A DNA stretch of 44,902 nucleotides, taken from the UHGV virus genome UHGV-1356165. The stretch is one strand, 5' to 3'. Positions 1 through 10,996 of this stretch are shown here, one piece after another (position 1 is the stretch's first letter; every line of letters begins with the position of its first letter). A program made the translations under genes and the position numbers. The notes under the pieces are model-generated. The model worked only from the letters and a program-made list of their open reading frames with translations. It had not been told where the DNA came from and made no database searches. The DNA comes from a virus.

Positions 1-154
1 ATGCAATGATTAAAGCAATGACTTTGACTGCTACCGTTTGATCAATTTCGATTGTATTATCCATTTTCATGCCTGCCCATGTAACACTGGGCAAGCAAAG
101 AAGGAGGAAGCACGCTCGAAGCAATGCTTGTTTAGGGCTAGATATTACTTTCAT
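1..154 (-). CDS. Partial ORF, N-terminal 51 codons, running off the window start. Hydrophobic signal-peptide-like N-terminus (MKVISSPKQALLRACFLLLCLPSVTWAG...). Lies downstream of the tail fiber gene.
   Basis: ATG at 154..152 preceded by AGGTGA RBS 4 nt upstream. Open to position 1. Absent from the ORF track because it is truncated. Confidence 0.3.
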   Translation of the reverse strand, partial: MKVISSPKQALLRACFLLLCLPSVTWAGMKMDNTIEIDQTVAVKVIALIIA

Positions 155-203
155 AAATCACCTATATAAGTTTTATAGATAATAGCATTGTTTTTTAATT
201 ATG

Positions 204-229
204 AAAAAACCCCCGAAGGGGTTTGTTTT
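204..229. terminator. Bidirectional rho-independent terminator after the tail fiber gene
   Basis: Hairpin CCCC-cgaa-GGGG (210..221) flanked by A6 (204..209) and a T-rich run (222..229). Confidence 0.6.
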
Positions 230-2462
230 AACTAACATCTACAGACACTTGAATACCCGTAAGAGTTACAGGTGATGTTGTTAAGTTTAAAAATTCAACA
301 GAAACTACATCTGCGGAACTCACCCAAGCTCTCAAAGCCACATTCGCTATGTCTTGATTCACAGACGCAGCAACACGATCACCCAACACAGCACCCGAAA
401 CATTGTACGTTACAACCGTTTTTGATGATGCTGCTATTGTTACTGTAGATGTGTTTTCTACATGATTGATTAAGTTTGAATATGCTTTACTACTTGTAAA
501 AACTTTTATTGAATCGATAATGCTACCAGAAAATAATGGAAGCGCGATATAGAGCTGCCCACCAACCGCAATCAAATTTTTAAAATTAGGTGAGGGTACA
601 TAAACATAACGACTCAAATCCCCAAGTGATTGCACTACAGTAAAAATGCCGCGACTCAATATTTCGCCAAGTGAAGCGCTACCCGTGTGTAATTCTGGAA
701 CAGGTATTTGTTTGCCAATTATCTCAAAACCAGCAAAATCAGAAGTGATGGGAATTAACATGACGACACCACCTGTACACTCAATATAATAATTACCTGT
801 TTTTAAATACGCTGTATTTGAATTATTAAACGCATAATTTCCATTATTCATTATGATTGGATAATGTGATTTTCGTGTAAATATTGAATTACTTAACAGG
901 AGTGAATTTTGCGGCAGGAAATCAAAGGTAATATTATTTAAATTAGCATTTGTATGATCAACATTAAAAGTCGGATAGTTTGTAGCAATAGATTTAGATA
1001 TATATTGACTAGTTGCATCAATTTTTATTTGTGCATCACCGCCCTCCCATACAGACGCATTATCTGTAACTGTTGAGTTAATTAAAATAAACTTATTACT
1101 CGCAACCAGACCCATTAATGATTTATCTAATTGAATATTTGTACAGTTTGTAAAGACAAAAGACTTTGATGATTCGATAGATGTATTTGTAAAAGAGATC
1201 AATTGAGAGTCGTAAAAATATGCTGAATCAGACTGGTTTGAGTTGAAATTGCCACCATTGAAATACAGTGATCTAGCCCTATAAATTTCATGCTTTGTAC
1301 AATTACTGATATTGCAATTGTCAAAAGACACAACAGCTAAATCAATATCAATACCGCCACTTGTTCCGTTTGTCATGCTGTGCAAGCTCAAGCCACGAAA
1401 ACAAGAAAAAATATCACAGTTCTTAAAGAAAACTTCAGAACCACCCCACAGTCTCAAACCAGTTCCGGCATAACTTATATCAGCATCATCAATATAGATC
1501 ATACCAACGCGCTGTAAAGTGAAAGCAGCATCTACTGAAACAGTCGGGTTTAAGAAAAAATCTTTAAATTTTGCATACTGCCACCGCAATGAATATGCAG
1601 AACCAGCCGTAGTACTTGACGAGACCAACGCAATAGAAAAATCAAAAATTGTACTTTTTCTACCCTGCCCCGCTAAATTAAAGGCAGTTGATCCAAAATC
1701 AACGCGATCAAGGGAAACTGTATTTGCGCAATATCTACCAACGCCAGCTTCAACAGATTTTTTATTGTTAATTGCATAGGTTAGTAGTGCAGTTATGCGT
1801 GTTGTGTTGAAATCTCGTTTTGTTGAATCATCAACATAAACACCACACGCATCAAATGTAAGCGTATCTTCTATCAGTTGCACCCACCCATCGATGCAAC
1901 TAAATCCATCATTTTCGCTAGAGCGGGATGTGACATACACATAATTTGCTGTGCCGCGATACGGTTTTGCAAGTGCAAAATTAGGAGCGTAGTATGATTT
2001 TACATTTACTACTTGACCATTGCGCGGATTGATTATAGTAATTAATTCGGCGATACTTTCAACTGTTGTAATCGAATTTGGTGAATTATCAAATTTCCAC
2101 CCCTCCATATTACTGTTTGGATTATTTGTATTATTTGCAACTGTATTACGAACAATATCACCATTGCTTAACATAATACGCGCATGTAAAGGATAACCAC
2201 CAATTGCTGTAGCAAATGCCGCATCAAATTCATATGGCAAGCCTTTGTTTAAATGAACAATGTGCTGTCCGTAAAGGTTGAGAATACCATTAAAATCTTT
2301 GCGCTCAGGAGGAATACCACCCGCAGAAATAGGGGTTTGGGTTACCTCGGGAAATCCTTCATCTTGTGTTGCGTTTTGAGGTTCAGCACCAACACTTTGA
2401 GGGATTGTGTTTTTATCACCATTTTCAGCAAATGGGGTTGTTACTAAAGTTGGATTAGTCAT
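228..2462 (-). CDS. Large tail fiber or tailspike. Conserved fiber N-terminal module, then a beta-helix body that may be a polysaccharide depolymerase.
   Basis: N-terminus (..GIPPERKDFNGILN..IGGYP) shares the P2/Mu-type tail fiber attachment motif with the adjacent fiber gene. Body rich in N/S/T/G with NCxI/SNC repeats typical of right-handed beta-helix tailspikes. Terminal gene of the tail module. Confidence 0.6.
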   Translation of the reverse strand: MTNPTLVTTPFAENGDKNTIPQSVGAEPQNATQDEGFPEVTQTPISAGGIPPERKDFNGILNLYGQHIVHLNKGLPYEFDAAFATAIGGYPLHARIMLSNGDIVRNTVANNTNNPNSNMEGWKFDNSPNSITTVESIAELITIINPRNGQVVNVKSYYAPNFALAKPYRGTANYVYVTSRSSENDGFSCIDGWVQLIEDTLTFDACGVYVDDSTKRDFNTTRITALLTYAINNKKSVEAGVGRYCANTVSLDRVDFGSTAFNLAGQGRKSTIFDFSIALVSSSTTAGSAYSLRWQYAKFKDFFLNPTVSVDAAFTLQRVGMIYIDDADISYAGTGLRLWGGSEVFFKNCDIFSCFRGLSLHSMTNGTSGGIDIDLAVVSFDNCNISNCTKHEIYRARSLYFNGGNFNSNQSDSAYFYDSQLISFTNTSIESSKSFVFTNCTNIQLDKSLMGLVASNKFILINSTVTDNASVWEGGDAQIKIDATSQYISKSIATNYPTFNVDHTNANLNNITFDFLPQNSLLLSNSIFTRKSHYPIIMNNGNYAFNNSNTAYLKTGNYYIECTGGVVMLIPITSDFAGFEIIGKQIPVPELHTGSASLGEILSRGIFTVVQSLGDLSRYVYVPSPNFKNLIAVGGQLYIALPLFSGSIIDSIKVFTSSKAYSNLINHVENTSTVTIAASSKTVVTYNVSGAVLGDRVAASVNQDIANVALRAWVSSADVVSVEFLNLTTSPVTLTGIQVSVDVS

Positions 2463-2463
2463 A

Positions 2464-3900
<1,437 letters not shown>

Positions 3901-3901
<1 letters not shown>

Positions 3902-5085
3902 TAGCTCTCCGCAATTTGAATTCTAAAATTAGTTAGCGAAGGGTATTCATCGATACCAATTGGCAATTCATCTGACCACGTAGAGCCGTCAAAACTTGCG
4001 ACAATGCTTTTCAGTCCAATGCTCGGTAGTCCACAAATGTAATCAGCAGGAATAACATTTTTAGCAATCCGCAAACGATCATCACCGCTTTGAGATGCGC
4101 TTAAAATTAAGCTTTTAACTTCATTCTGAATAGTCAATGAAATTTTAGATAAGTCTTTTATAATAACCTTAATCCAAATATCTTTGAATGTTGGGCGAAG
4201 AATCTTGATAGGGTAAGTAGGGTTGTTGTGGTCGAATGTTTCAGCTACTACGGTGACGTCAGTATTTCCATTCCATGAGCAACCTGTGCCTGCTTTAATA
4301 AATGCAGCTTTAGCTACATCATAATCAGTGCCACCAACTACAGACACAACAATCGAATTACGAATTAAAGGATAATCAGTAACGCCTTTTGTTACAGTGG
4401 TATCTGTTGGGTTAGATACCACATAAGCGTCAATCACATTACGCACAGCAAGCACAGCGCCCAATGTTGCATCATCGGTCATCTTTGCGTTAACTGCTAC
4501 AGATTCACGACGGCGAACATTGAAATCGACACGACTTTCTTCTGCGTAACCCATAACAGCACTTTCGGTATTGTAAACTTGATCAAGACCATTTAAAGCG
4601 GATGGAATGATGACAATAGAATTTGGTAATGCTTCAATTGCGCCCGCAGTATCGCAGATACAGGTAATCTCAACCGTGCCAGTCGAGCCAATGTTATATG
4701 TTCCAGATGTGCGCCATGTTCTGCCCTGTAAGTCTTGAACTGCAAAACCACTAGGAATTACAGCACCTGATAAACCTTTGAACACTACAGGGCAAACTGA
4801 ATTTGTAGCAAGATTGCGGGTTAAGAAGTAAAGTTCACCGACTGCATCTTGATAAATACCAGTGGCATAGTTTGGGTCAAATTGATTGCCTTGCTCCACC
4901 AACGTATCGTAAAAGTCTTTTACAATTGCGGTCATTGAAGTGGCTAGTTGATACTGAAATGAACCTTGAACGCGCGACAGGTTTCCACCCATTGCGGTCT
5001 CAAGCATTGACCAAACACCGTCATTAATTTCTTGTGTAGTCGGGACAACATATCCGTTCGGTGTAAATGTGATTTTTGGGATCAT
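3901..5085 (-). CDS. Baseplate J-like protein (Mu gp47 / P2 gpJ family)
   Basis: 394 aa. Position and size fit. Translationally coupled to neighbours on both sides. Confidence 0.6.
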
Positions 5086-5447
5086 AGCCCAACTACTCCC
5101 GTTAAATTATCTTCGTTCGTGAACTCTATATTACCCGACATTATACGATCTTTTAGTGGATTTAAGCGAACATTCACCGATACTACACCATCAACCAAGA
5201 TTGACCTGTCATGCAACTGGCGTTGATATAAAGAAATTGGGTAACCTGATTTACCCATAATTTCCTCAAGGTATGGGATGCCGTCATTCTTTTTGTAATA
5301 GTCATCACCTCGAAACACACGGCAAGATGAAGCAATGTCTTGAGCTTGTTGATAGACATCCGTAGCAATTGCAATATTGCCTTGCGTGTCTAATTCCAAA
5401 TCCCATGTGTAGGGATTTAAAAATATGGTTTTCATAAGCAAACCCAC
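5082..5447 (-). CDS. Baseplate wedge protein, GPW/gp25-like
   Basis: 121 aa. Sits between the V-spike and the J gene. Confidence 0.55.
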   Translation of the reverse strand: MGLLMKTIFLNPYTWDLELDTQGNIAIATDVYQQAQDIASSCRVFRGDDYYKKNDGIPYLEEIMGKSGYPISLYQRQLHDRSILVDGVVSVNVRLNPLKDRIMSGNIEFTNEDNLTGVVGL

Positions 5448-5505
5448 AAAACTGTTATTGCATACATGATAACAACAAACAGGCTAAATACTAAATTTTT
5501 AATAA

Positions 5506-6114
5506 TTACCCACCTAGAGGAGAAGTGTTCGAATTTCCAGACTGAACACCACCATGTGAGTGACCGTCAACAATAGAACCATCTTTTAAAACAAGTGTTC
5601 CATCAGCTTTGATTGTCAAGCCGTTTATGTTCACATCACCAACAGATTTGATATTTAATCCAGAATTGGTGAATTGAATATACTGCTCAGGCACTTGATT
5701 AGACCAGCCACCAAAAAAGAATGCGTCTGCAATGTCGGAATAGCGAGAAACGTTTTGAGCAGCCATTGCGCGAATACGTTTTACAAGTGAAATGTCACGA
5801 CTGCAAAAACCACAAAACCCAATGTCGCCAATTTGCGGATCAAGAATCACAGCATTCTTACCTCCAGTAACTCGAAAATACGGCACGTTATGAATTTCAC
5901 CTAAATCGACATTATTGTTATCAGCATCAGTACGTTGTGTGAGAATCTTAACTGAAACAAATCCAACAATATCTAAGCCACCGCCATTAACCGCTGTGAC
6001 TTGAACCAATTCACCTGTGTTGAATTGACCCGCAACAGCTAAGACGTTTTGCTGAAACTCCTTAACGCCACCAAAATTTAATATGTTGTAATTACTAGCG
6101 TTGGACTGCTGCAT
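5506..6114 (-). CDS. Baseplate assembly protein V / central spike
   Basis: 202 aa with an OB-fold-like N-terminus and a Gly-rich C-terminus (HSHGGVQSGNSNTSPLGG). Position after the hub gene. Confidence 0.5.
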   Translation of the reverse strand: MQQSNASNYNILNFGGVKEFQQNVLAVAGQFNTGELVQVTAVNGGGLDIVGFVSVKILTQRTDADNNNVDLGEIHNVPYFRVTGGKNAVILDPQIGDIGFCGFCSRDISLVKRIRAMAAQNVSRYSDIADAFFFGGWSNQVPEQYIQFTNSGLNIKSVGDVNINGLTIKADGTLVLKDGSIVDGHSHGGVQSGNSNTSPLGG

Positions 6115-6982
6115 CTTTTGAATCTCTCCAAGTTGCGTTTATGGCCATTCCCCACTTACCTTGAGGGATGTTGCTTTCTAGTGTAACAACCATACCGTAG
6201 ATGCGCCAATCTGTATTTGCAATTTCAATAATTGAATCTTTAACGCGAACAATTCCACCAAAACGAATAGATGGGTCATAAGCACAGTTAAAATTTAAAC
6301 CACGTTGGTCAGGCTCAGGATAACCTTGCAATCCTGTAGATGGACTAATAACAGGAATTTTAAGATTGCGCTCACCATCTTTTTTACAGATGACAATTAA
6401 CTTTTGCTCAATGTACAAATCAAAATCGCACATTTGACATAAGTTTTTTATCTTCTCAATATTAGAGCCTAGTAGCTTCAAGTCTGTTACCGCGTGAGTA
6501 GCCCCGTAATTCTCAAATTGATAACCTGATTGCGTGGCTAACTCCTTAATAATATCGGCAGCTTCTTTTTCTTCACCCTTTTGCATAGTGTAGGGGTCGC
6601 TATATCTTAATTGATCTGCAATTGCCATTTGACTTGTGATAATTAAGTCGCAGTTTGGCGCACCATCCATCTTGATTGTAGCAAAGGTAATATTACCTTC
6701 ATAGATAACAGATAGCTCCTCACCTTGCTCTCCTGCTTCAATTTTTACAGTGTTTAGGATGGCTTTCATTGTGTTCCATTGCACACGGAATAATTTGTTC
6801 ATAGTGGCAATTGGTAAGTTTTTTACAACAATTTGCGCAGTAGGGGATATAGAGCCATTGCCGTAATTTAAAGTGGTCGATATAGCTAAACCTGTTGACG
6901 ATATGCGATTATTATTCTCGCTATCAAATGATTCCTTACCATCCTGCAATGTAAGCGTGATGCGCTGTACTTTTCTTTTCAT
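6095..6982 (-). CDS. Baseplate hub / tail protein (Mu gp44 / P2 gpD-like)
   Basis: 295 aa. Gene order only. Confidence 0.4.
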   Translation of the reverse strand: MKRKVQRITLTLQDGKESFDSENNNRISSTGLAISTTLNYGNGSISPTAQIVVKNLPIATMNKLFRVQWNTMKAILNTVKIEAGEQGEELSVIYEGNITFATIKMDGAPNCDLIITSQMAIADQLRYSDPYTMQKGEEKEAADIIKELATQSGYQFENYGATHAVTDLKLLGSNIEKIKNLCQMCDFDLYIEQKLIVICKKDGERNLKIPVISPSTGLQGYPEPDQRGLNFNCAYDPSIRFGGIVRVKDSIIEIANTDWRIYGMVVTLESNIPQGKWGMAINATWRDSKDAAVQR

Positions 6983-6985
6983 AAT

Positions 6986-7015
6986 AAAAAACCCTCATAA
7001 TGAGGGTTATTTTAT
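6986..7015. terminator. Bidirectional intrinsic terminator closing the 7015..7266 accessory gene
   Basis: Hairpin AACCCTCA-taa-TGAGGGTT (6990..7008) with flanking A and T runs. Confidence 0.6.
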
Positions 7016-7266
7016 CACAACATATTCCTATTCACTTTTTTATGTATTTCATAAAATTCAAAATTAGATATATCATATTCTAAATTTGAATTTATTCCTT
7101 TTAAGCTAATTTTTACAAATTCAGATCCACACTTATGGCTAATAGAAGATATCATAACCTTTTTCTTTTCCACAACATTATAAAAAACTTGTCCGCACTT
7201 CATAAGTTGCTCAAAATGATCAAACCTCATTATAGATTTATTATTTTTTATAAATAAATTAAGCAT
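7015..7266 (-). CDS. Accessory gene (moron), 83 aa, very AT-rich, no recognisable domain
   Basis: Own consensus promoter and own terminator. Inserted between tail genes. RBS GGAGGTGA. Confidence 0.5.
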   Translation of the reverse strand: MLNLFIKNNKSIMRFDHFEQLMKCGQVFYNVVEKKKVMISSISHKCGSEFVKISLKGINSNLEYDISNFEFYEIHKKVNRNML

Positions 7267-7292
7267 AAATCACCTCCAATAATTGAATATTA

Positions 7293-7321
7293 ATTATATA
7301 AAAATATAAAATTAATTGCAA
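7293..7321 (-). promoter_or_regulatory. Sigma70 promoter cassette copy a: TTGCAA-17-TATAAT
   Basis: Minus strand -35 TTGCAA (7316..7321), 17-nt spacer, -10 TATAAT (7293..7298). GGAGGTGA RBS and ATG follow about 20 nt downstream. Confidence 0.6.
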
Positions 7322-7359
7322 CTATTGACCATCATTCCAAACCATTAAATACCGTGTGC

Positions 7360-7599
7360 CTAATCCATCATAAGTAGGGTCGCTTGTTCCATCAATGTCA
7401 TAAAAGAAAAACCAAAGCCGATATAGGTGCGATCAAGGCAAACGCGGTTGTACAAGACTTTACCGTCACTACTTTCTAATGATGCATATAGCCTGTCTTT
7501 GCGCGTGTTTAAAGTGATTTGCCAAGTCACACCGTTTAATGTTGTGCTGAAAAATTGGTTAGGTACAGCAGCCACAGGAATATCAAATTGAGCCATCAT
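7360..7599 (-). CDS. Tail-module hypothetical protein
   Basis: 79 aa. Overlap-coupled to 7596..8234. An alternative C-terminal reading frame opens at a T5 run, so the C-terminus is uncertain. Confidence 0.35.
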   Translation of the reverse strand: MMAQFDIPVAAVPNQFFSTTLNGVTWQITLNTRKDRLYASLESSDGKVLYNRVCLDRTYIGFGFSFMTLMEQATLLMMD

Positions 7600-8234
7600 G
7601 AACCTCCAAAAATATCAGACAAAATACTTGTGCGTTGAGTAGACGTTTTTGCCCCACCATCAACAGTGTTTGAGTCGCTCGGCTGTTTAACTTCTTCTAA
7701 ATCATAATCAACCTTAGCTTCAAGCACTTCTTCTAAATCAAGGTTGACAGTAAGCATTGTTGCCCCGTTTTGAGCAGTTCGAGTTTTATTAATGCCAATT
7801 AGTTGATATCTCATAAAAACATATTCAGGGGTGATGGTGTAAAAAGAGATAGTTGATTTAAGTAGCGCTTCGAGCTGTGTAAAGAAAACCTGTCTTTCTT
7901 CAATACTGTTGCCACCTTTTGCAAGCGTCACCGTAGCCATACTTGGCGTGTTTACCTTGTTGTATGAAGCAAATGATCCTTGTTCGACTGGATATTTTGA
8001 GATACTCGCAGCAGCATCATAGCTCATACTGATAAATGAATCGGCTAAAACAATCGGAATACCAAACTCATTAAAGATACCCCACTTCTTACCAAACACG
8101 GCGTTAATAAGCGCAGCACCGCCCAGCGACAAGCCAACATTAGCCAGCGTTGTTGGTGCTACAAAATTTGGGACGCTCGGCATTCCATTCATAATAATCT
8201 CACTTAAAAGAAGGTCGTTGAGACAAGAAGCCAT
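7596..8234 (-). CDS. Tail protein, possibly Mu gp43-like DNA circulation protein N-terminal region
   Basis: 212 aa. Immediately after the tape measure gene in Mu-like order. Confidence 0.35.
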   Translation of the reverse strand: MASCLNDLLLSEIIMNGMPSVPNFVAPTTLANVGLSLGGAALINAVFGKKWGIFNEFGIPIVLADSFISMSYDAAASISKYPVEQGSFASYNKVNTPSMATVTLAKGGNSIEERQVFFTQLEALLKSTISFYTITPEYVFMRYQLIGINKTRTAQNGATMLTVNLDLEEVLEAKVDYDLEEVKQPSDSNTVDGGAKTSTQRTSILSDIFGGS

Positions 8235-10164
8235 TAGTTAAGCCGAGCGCCATATCTTGACCTGTACCCAACATAGTAGGAGAGGTTGTTTGGATTTCCA
8301 CCCTATCTACATTAACTTCAACATTGTTCGCTTGATTAGCGATAGGTTGATTAGCTCTAACTCCTGCCAAGTTAATCTTATCACTTTGTCTCATGGCTTG
8401 CTGTGCGTTCTGAATCTGCATATTTTGATTTGAGTTGCCACCCAATGAAACATTAAAGGGCTGTGGCATTTTATTTCTATCAGCAGAAGGAGTTCCGTGA
8501 ACATGAATGGATTTCCCAGAACCAAAAACTTGACCAGATGCTTTTGCCTGTCTTTCAACTTCAGCAACCCACTTTTTAGTAGATTCGCTTGCTTCCCCTA
8601 GAAAATTAGGATTTGCATAAGACACATTTTGACCAACAATAGAAGGTAAGCCAGCAGCTCTTTTTGCTAAATAATTTTTAACAAAGTCTTGCATTTTTGG
8701 TGAAACCCTACTCATTGGTACTTTTTCAACACTACCGTATGCACTTTTTCTCGGGCTATTGATATCAGAAAACGCCCATCTTTGATTGGCAACACCTCTT
8801 ACACCAGTTCCGTATTTTCCAGATGCAGCTCTATTTAATATAGTGTCAATAACACCAGCAGCCTGCTTCTCAAAATCACCATTATTTAAATTTGGTGCAA
8901 CTTCTGTTGAGGCAACTTTCATAATGTCAACAATATCTTGTTCGGTTAAGTTTAGAGTTCTGCCAAACATTTTTCCAGTGCCACCACCAGTATTGCCATT
9001 TGAACTTTGTGGATTAACTAAATTCTTAGCCGCATTCTCCAGCGTGCCATTTTCTTGACCTGTTAAATCGTCAACCACGCCTGCAACATTAGAGCCAAAT
9101 TGTTTGATCATACCCCACGCTTGTTTGCCTGCACCACTAAAATCACCAGACATAAGTTTTTCAACAATCTCAGCATATCCACGCAATGTTGGAATGGTAT
9201 TATTGATCATGTCTTGATATAGATTCTTGAATGCGTTTTTTAGGTTGTCAGTAGACAGTGTGGCGTTATCAATATACTTGCTAAACGCACCCCAATCGAA
9301 TAACGATTTACCACCCTCAGCCCATGTTTTATAGTCATCATAAAGCAAACCAAATGCAGCACCTAAAGCGCCTACAGTGGCAATAAATGGAATAAACGGC
9401 GCAATGAATGCTAATGCCGCAATAGTGGCTTTAATTAAAATTGGGGTTAATACCGCACCAATAACAAATGACAGTGCTTTAAATACCGCCTGAACCTCTC
9501 TTTGGTGCTGTTGCAGGTATTCAAACATGCCGAGCGCAACTTCACTTAATTTAACAAACAAGGGAATAACTGCATTCCCAAGCATTGTTTTGAGTGATTC
9601 CCATTGCGAGCCAATTAGTGCGCGATTCTTTGCTAAGTCTCGACTTGCTTGTAGTTCAGCTTCACTAGACTTATACATCGTGTTTTGGTAGGCAATCATC
9701 TTCTCCATTTCTTGCCGACCTTGCACTAAAGTATTAAATGTTTCCTCATCAATACCCATTTTAGATGCAATAGAGAATGCCTGCTCACGATCCATTTTAC
9801 TAAATGAATCTGCTAAATCGAGCATTACATCATCAGTCTTGCGAAGATGCCCTTGTGTATCAACCATCGACACACCTAAGGCATTCATGAACGGCAACAG
9901 GGTAGTATCACCCATCACAACAAAATCATTCATCCCCATGTTTAGGGATTTCATTGATTCAGTCATGCCTTGAGCAGAACCACCCATTGCAGACGCAGCA
10001 CCTTGCCAATTCTTGATTGTCTGTGACGACATGCCAAGATTGCGTTCAAGAAAGTAAAGCTCATCGTTTAGTTGCTGAACTTGATCAACAAGCTTAATTA
10101 AACCAGTAGCAGCAGCAGCCACAGAAAACCATCGGGCAAGCGTCTTGGTGACATTACCAACCAC
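8200..10164 (-). CDS. Tail tape measure protein, main body
   Basis: 654 aa, Ala/Gly/Gln-rich, helical. Lies between chaperone and baseplate genes. The apparent N-terminus is in the neighbouring frame (10098..10292). Confidence 0.7.
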   Translation of the reverse strand: MVGNVTKTLARWFSVAAAATGLIKLVDQVQQLNDELYFLERNLGMSSQTIKNWQGAASAMGGSAQGMTESMKSLNMGMNDFVVMGDTTLLPFMNALGVSMVDTQGHLRKTDDVMLDLADSFSKMDREQAFSIASKMGIDEETFNTLVQGRQEMEKMIAYQNTMYKSSEAELQASRDLAKNRALIGSQWESLKTMLGNAVIPLFVKLSEVALGMFEYLQQHQREVQAVFKALSFVIGAVLTPILIKATIAALAFIAPFIPFIATVGALGAAFGLLYDDYKTWAEGGKSLFDWGAFSKYIDNATLSTDNLKNAFKNLYQDMINNTIPTLRGYAEIVEKLMSGDFSGAGKQAWGMIKQFGSNVAGVVDDLTGQENGTLENAAKNLVNPQSSNGNTGGGTGKMFGRTLNLTEQDIVDIMKVASTEVAPNLNNGDFEKQAAGVIDTILNRAASGKYGTGVRGVANQRWAFSDINSPRKSAYGSVEKVPMSRVSPKMQDFVKNYLAKRAAGLPSIVGQNVSYANPNFLGEASESTKKWVAEVERQAKASGQVFGSGKSIHVHGTPSADRNKMPQPFNVSLGGNSNQNMQIQNAQQAMRQSDKINLAGVRANQPIANQANNVEVNVDRVEIQTTSPTMLGTGQDMALGLTNGFLSQRPSFK

Positions 10165-10292
10165 TTTGTCCGTTTCACTAACCGATTCAGTAAGTTTTTT
10201 ATTTTACCAACGGCTTTATCGGCTTCACGATTATATTGTGAGCCGTCTAACCCAAGTTTTACAATTATCGACTCAACAATATTTTCAGCCAT
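10098..10292 (-). CDS. Probable authentic N-terminal segment of the tape measure gene in an adjacent frame
   Basis: ATG at 10292 overlaps the chaperone stop (AATGGCTGA). The frame ends at 10098 after an A6 tract. The TMP frame opens at 10203. The frames join at A_AAA_AAC (10194..10202). Confidence 0.45.
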   Translation of the reverse strand: MAENIVESIIVKLGLDGSQYNREADKAVGKIKNLLNRLVKRTKWLVMSPRRLPDGFLWLLLLLV

Positions 10293-10551
10293 TTTTACTC
10301 TCTTTGTTTAGAAGATACTTAATCTTGTTTTCATTATACGTGGCTACTTGCCAAACTTCGATAATTCTTAATGCTCCTTCCAATCCGATGCAGCTATTCA
10401 ATTCTTGATAACTGCACATTTTTGTAAGCAAAGCCCGATAAACGGTTTCAGATACATTTAAGGGGTTTGCCAAAATATCAGGATTTATGCCTTGATTAGA
10501 TTGAGGGTCATAAGAATAGTCAAGTGTCAGGTTTCGCCTTGTCTTAAAAAA
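10285..10551 (-). CDS. -1 frameshift extension of the tail chaperone (GT / E' analogue)
   Basis: The -1 frame is open from 10551 to the stop at 10285..10287. Shift site TTTTTTA lies at 10545..10551 on the minus strand. The extension ends overlapping the TMP ATG. Confidence 0.55.
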   Translation of the reverse strand, partial: FFKTRRNLTLDYSYDPQSNQGINPDILANPLNVSETVYRALLTKMCSYQELNSCIGLEGALRIIEVWQVATYNENKIKYLLNKESKNG

Positions 10552-10952
10552 TCAAGATGCAACTTTAAAACTTGACCAAATAAGATTGTAAAGGTCGCAG
10601 CCTCTTTAATTTCGTCATTCCAAATAACCATGCGCGGTTGTCCGCCAGTCGGAACGATTTGAACACACTTATTAAGTAAATCAAATTTTAATTCGCGTGA
10701 ACGTGCAGCAGGGATACGTCCAATAATGGTGGCCACCATCGAACCTAACTCAATCATACCTTTCATAGACTTTGTATCAAGCTCAAGCACATCAACATCT
10801 TTAAGATTCATGCCTGCTGTAGATGCTTCATATAGCAATTCATGCGCCCATTCATCAGCCTGAATGGCTGGCAATTCTGTAATCAGGAAAACCTTTCCAG
10901 CATCGCGACCATTTGTCGCTGTAAATGTTGTTTCTTTTAAGCCATTACTCAT
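10527..10952 (-). CDS. Tail assembly chaperone (lambda G / P2 E / Mu gp41 analogue)
   Basis: 141 aa. Lies between tube and tape measure. Carries slippery heptamer T_TTT_TTA nine codons before its stop. Confidence 0.6.
   Translation of the reverse strand: MSNGLKETTFTATNGRDAGKVFLITELPAIQADEWAHELLYEASTAGMNLKDVDVLELDTKSMKGMIELGSMVATIIGRIPAARSRELKFDLLNKCVQIVPTGGQPRMVIWNDEIKEAATFTILFGQVLKLHLDFLRQGET
10545..10551 (-). promoter_or_regulatory. Programmed -1 ribosomal frameshift slippery heptamer U_UUU_UUA
   Basis: GAT TTT TTA in the 0 frame of the chaperone. The -1 frame carries a TGA immediately upstream and is open downstream. Confidence 0.55.
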
Positions 10953-10996
10953 GTTTTCACTCCAAATTTAAGAAAAAGGGGATTGCTCCCCTTGTG

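Noticed and set aside
5183-5374. Minus-strand 63-aa ORF nested in the baseplate W gene. Similar nested ORFs at 20879-21139, 31591-31800, 33330-33545, 38135-38614, 43161-43346, 43535-43738 and 44295-44519.
   Set aside because: Alternative-frame ORFs inside stronger genes with no independent signals.
10190-10210. Tape-measure break as a bona fide second programmed frameshift
   Set aside because: Not rejected outright but down-weighted. At least four other genes (terminase, dam, connector, a small gene) break at homopolymers, which makes systematic indel error the simplest explanation.
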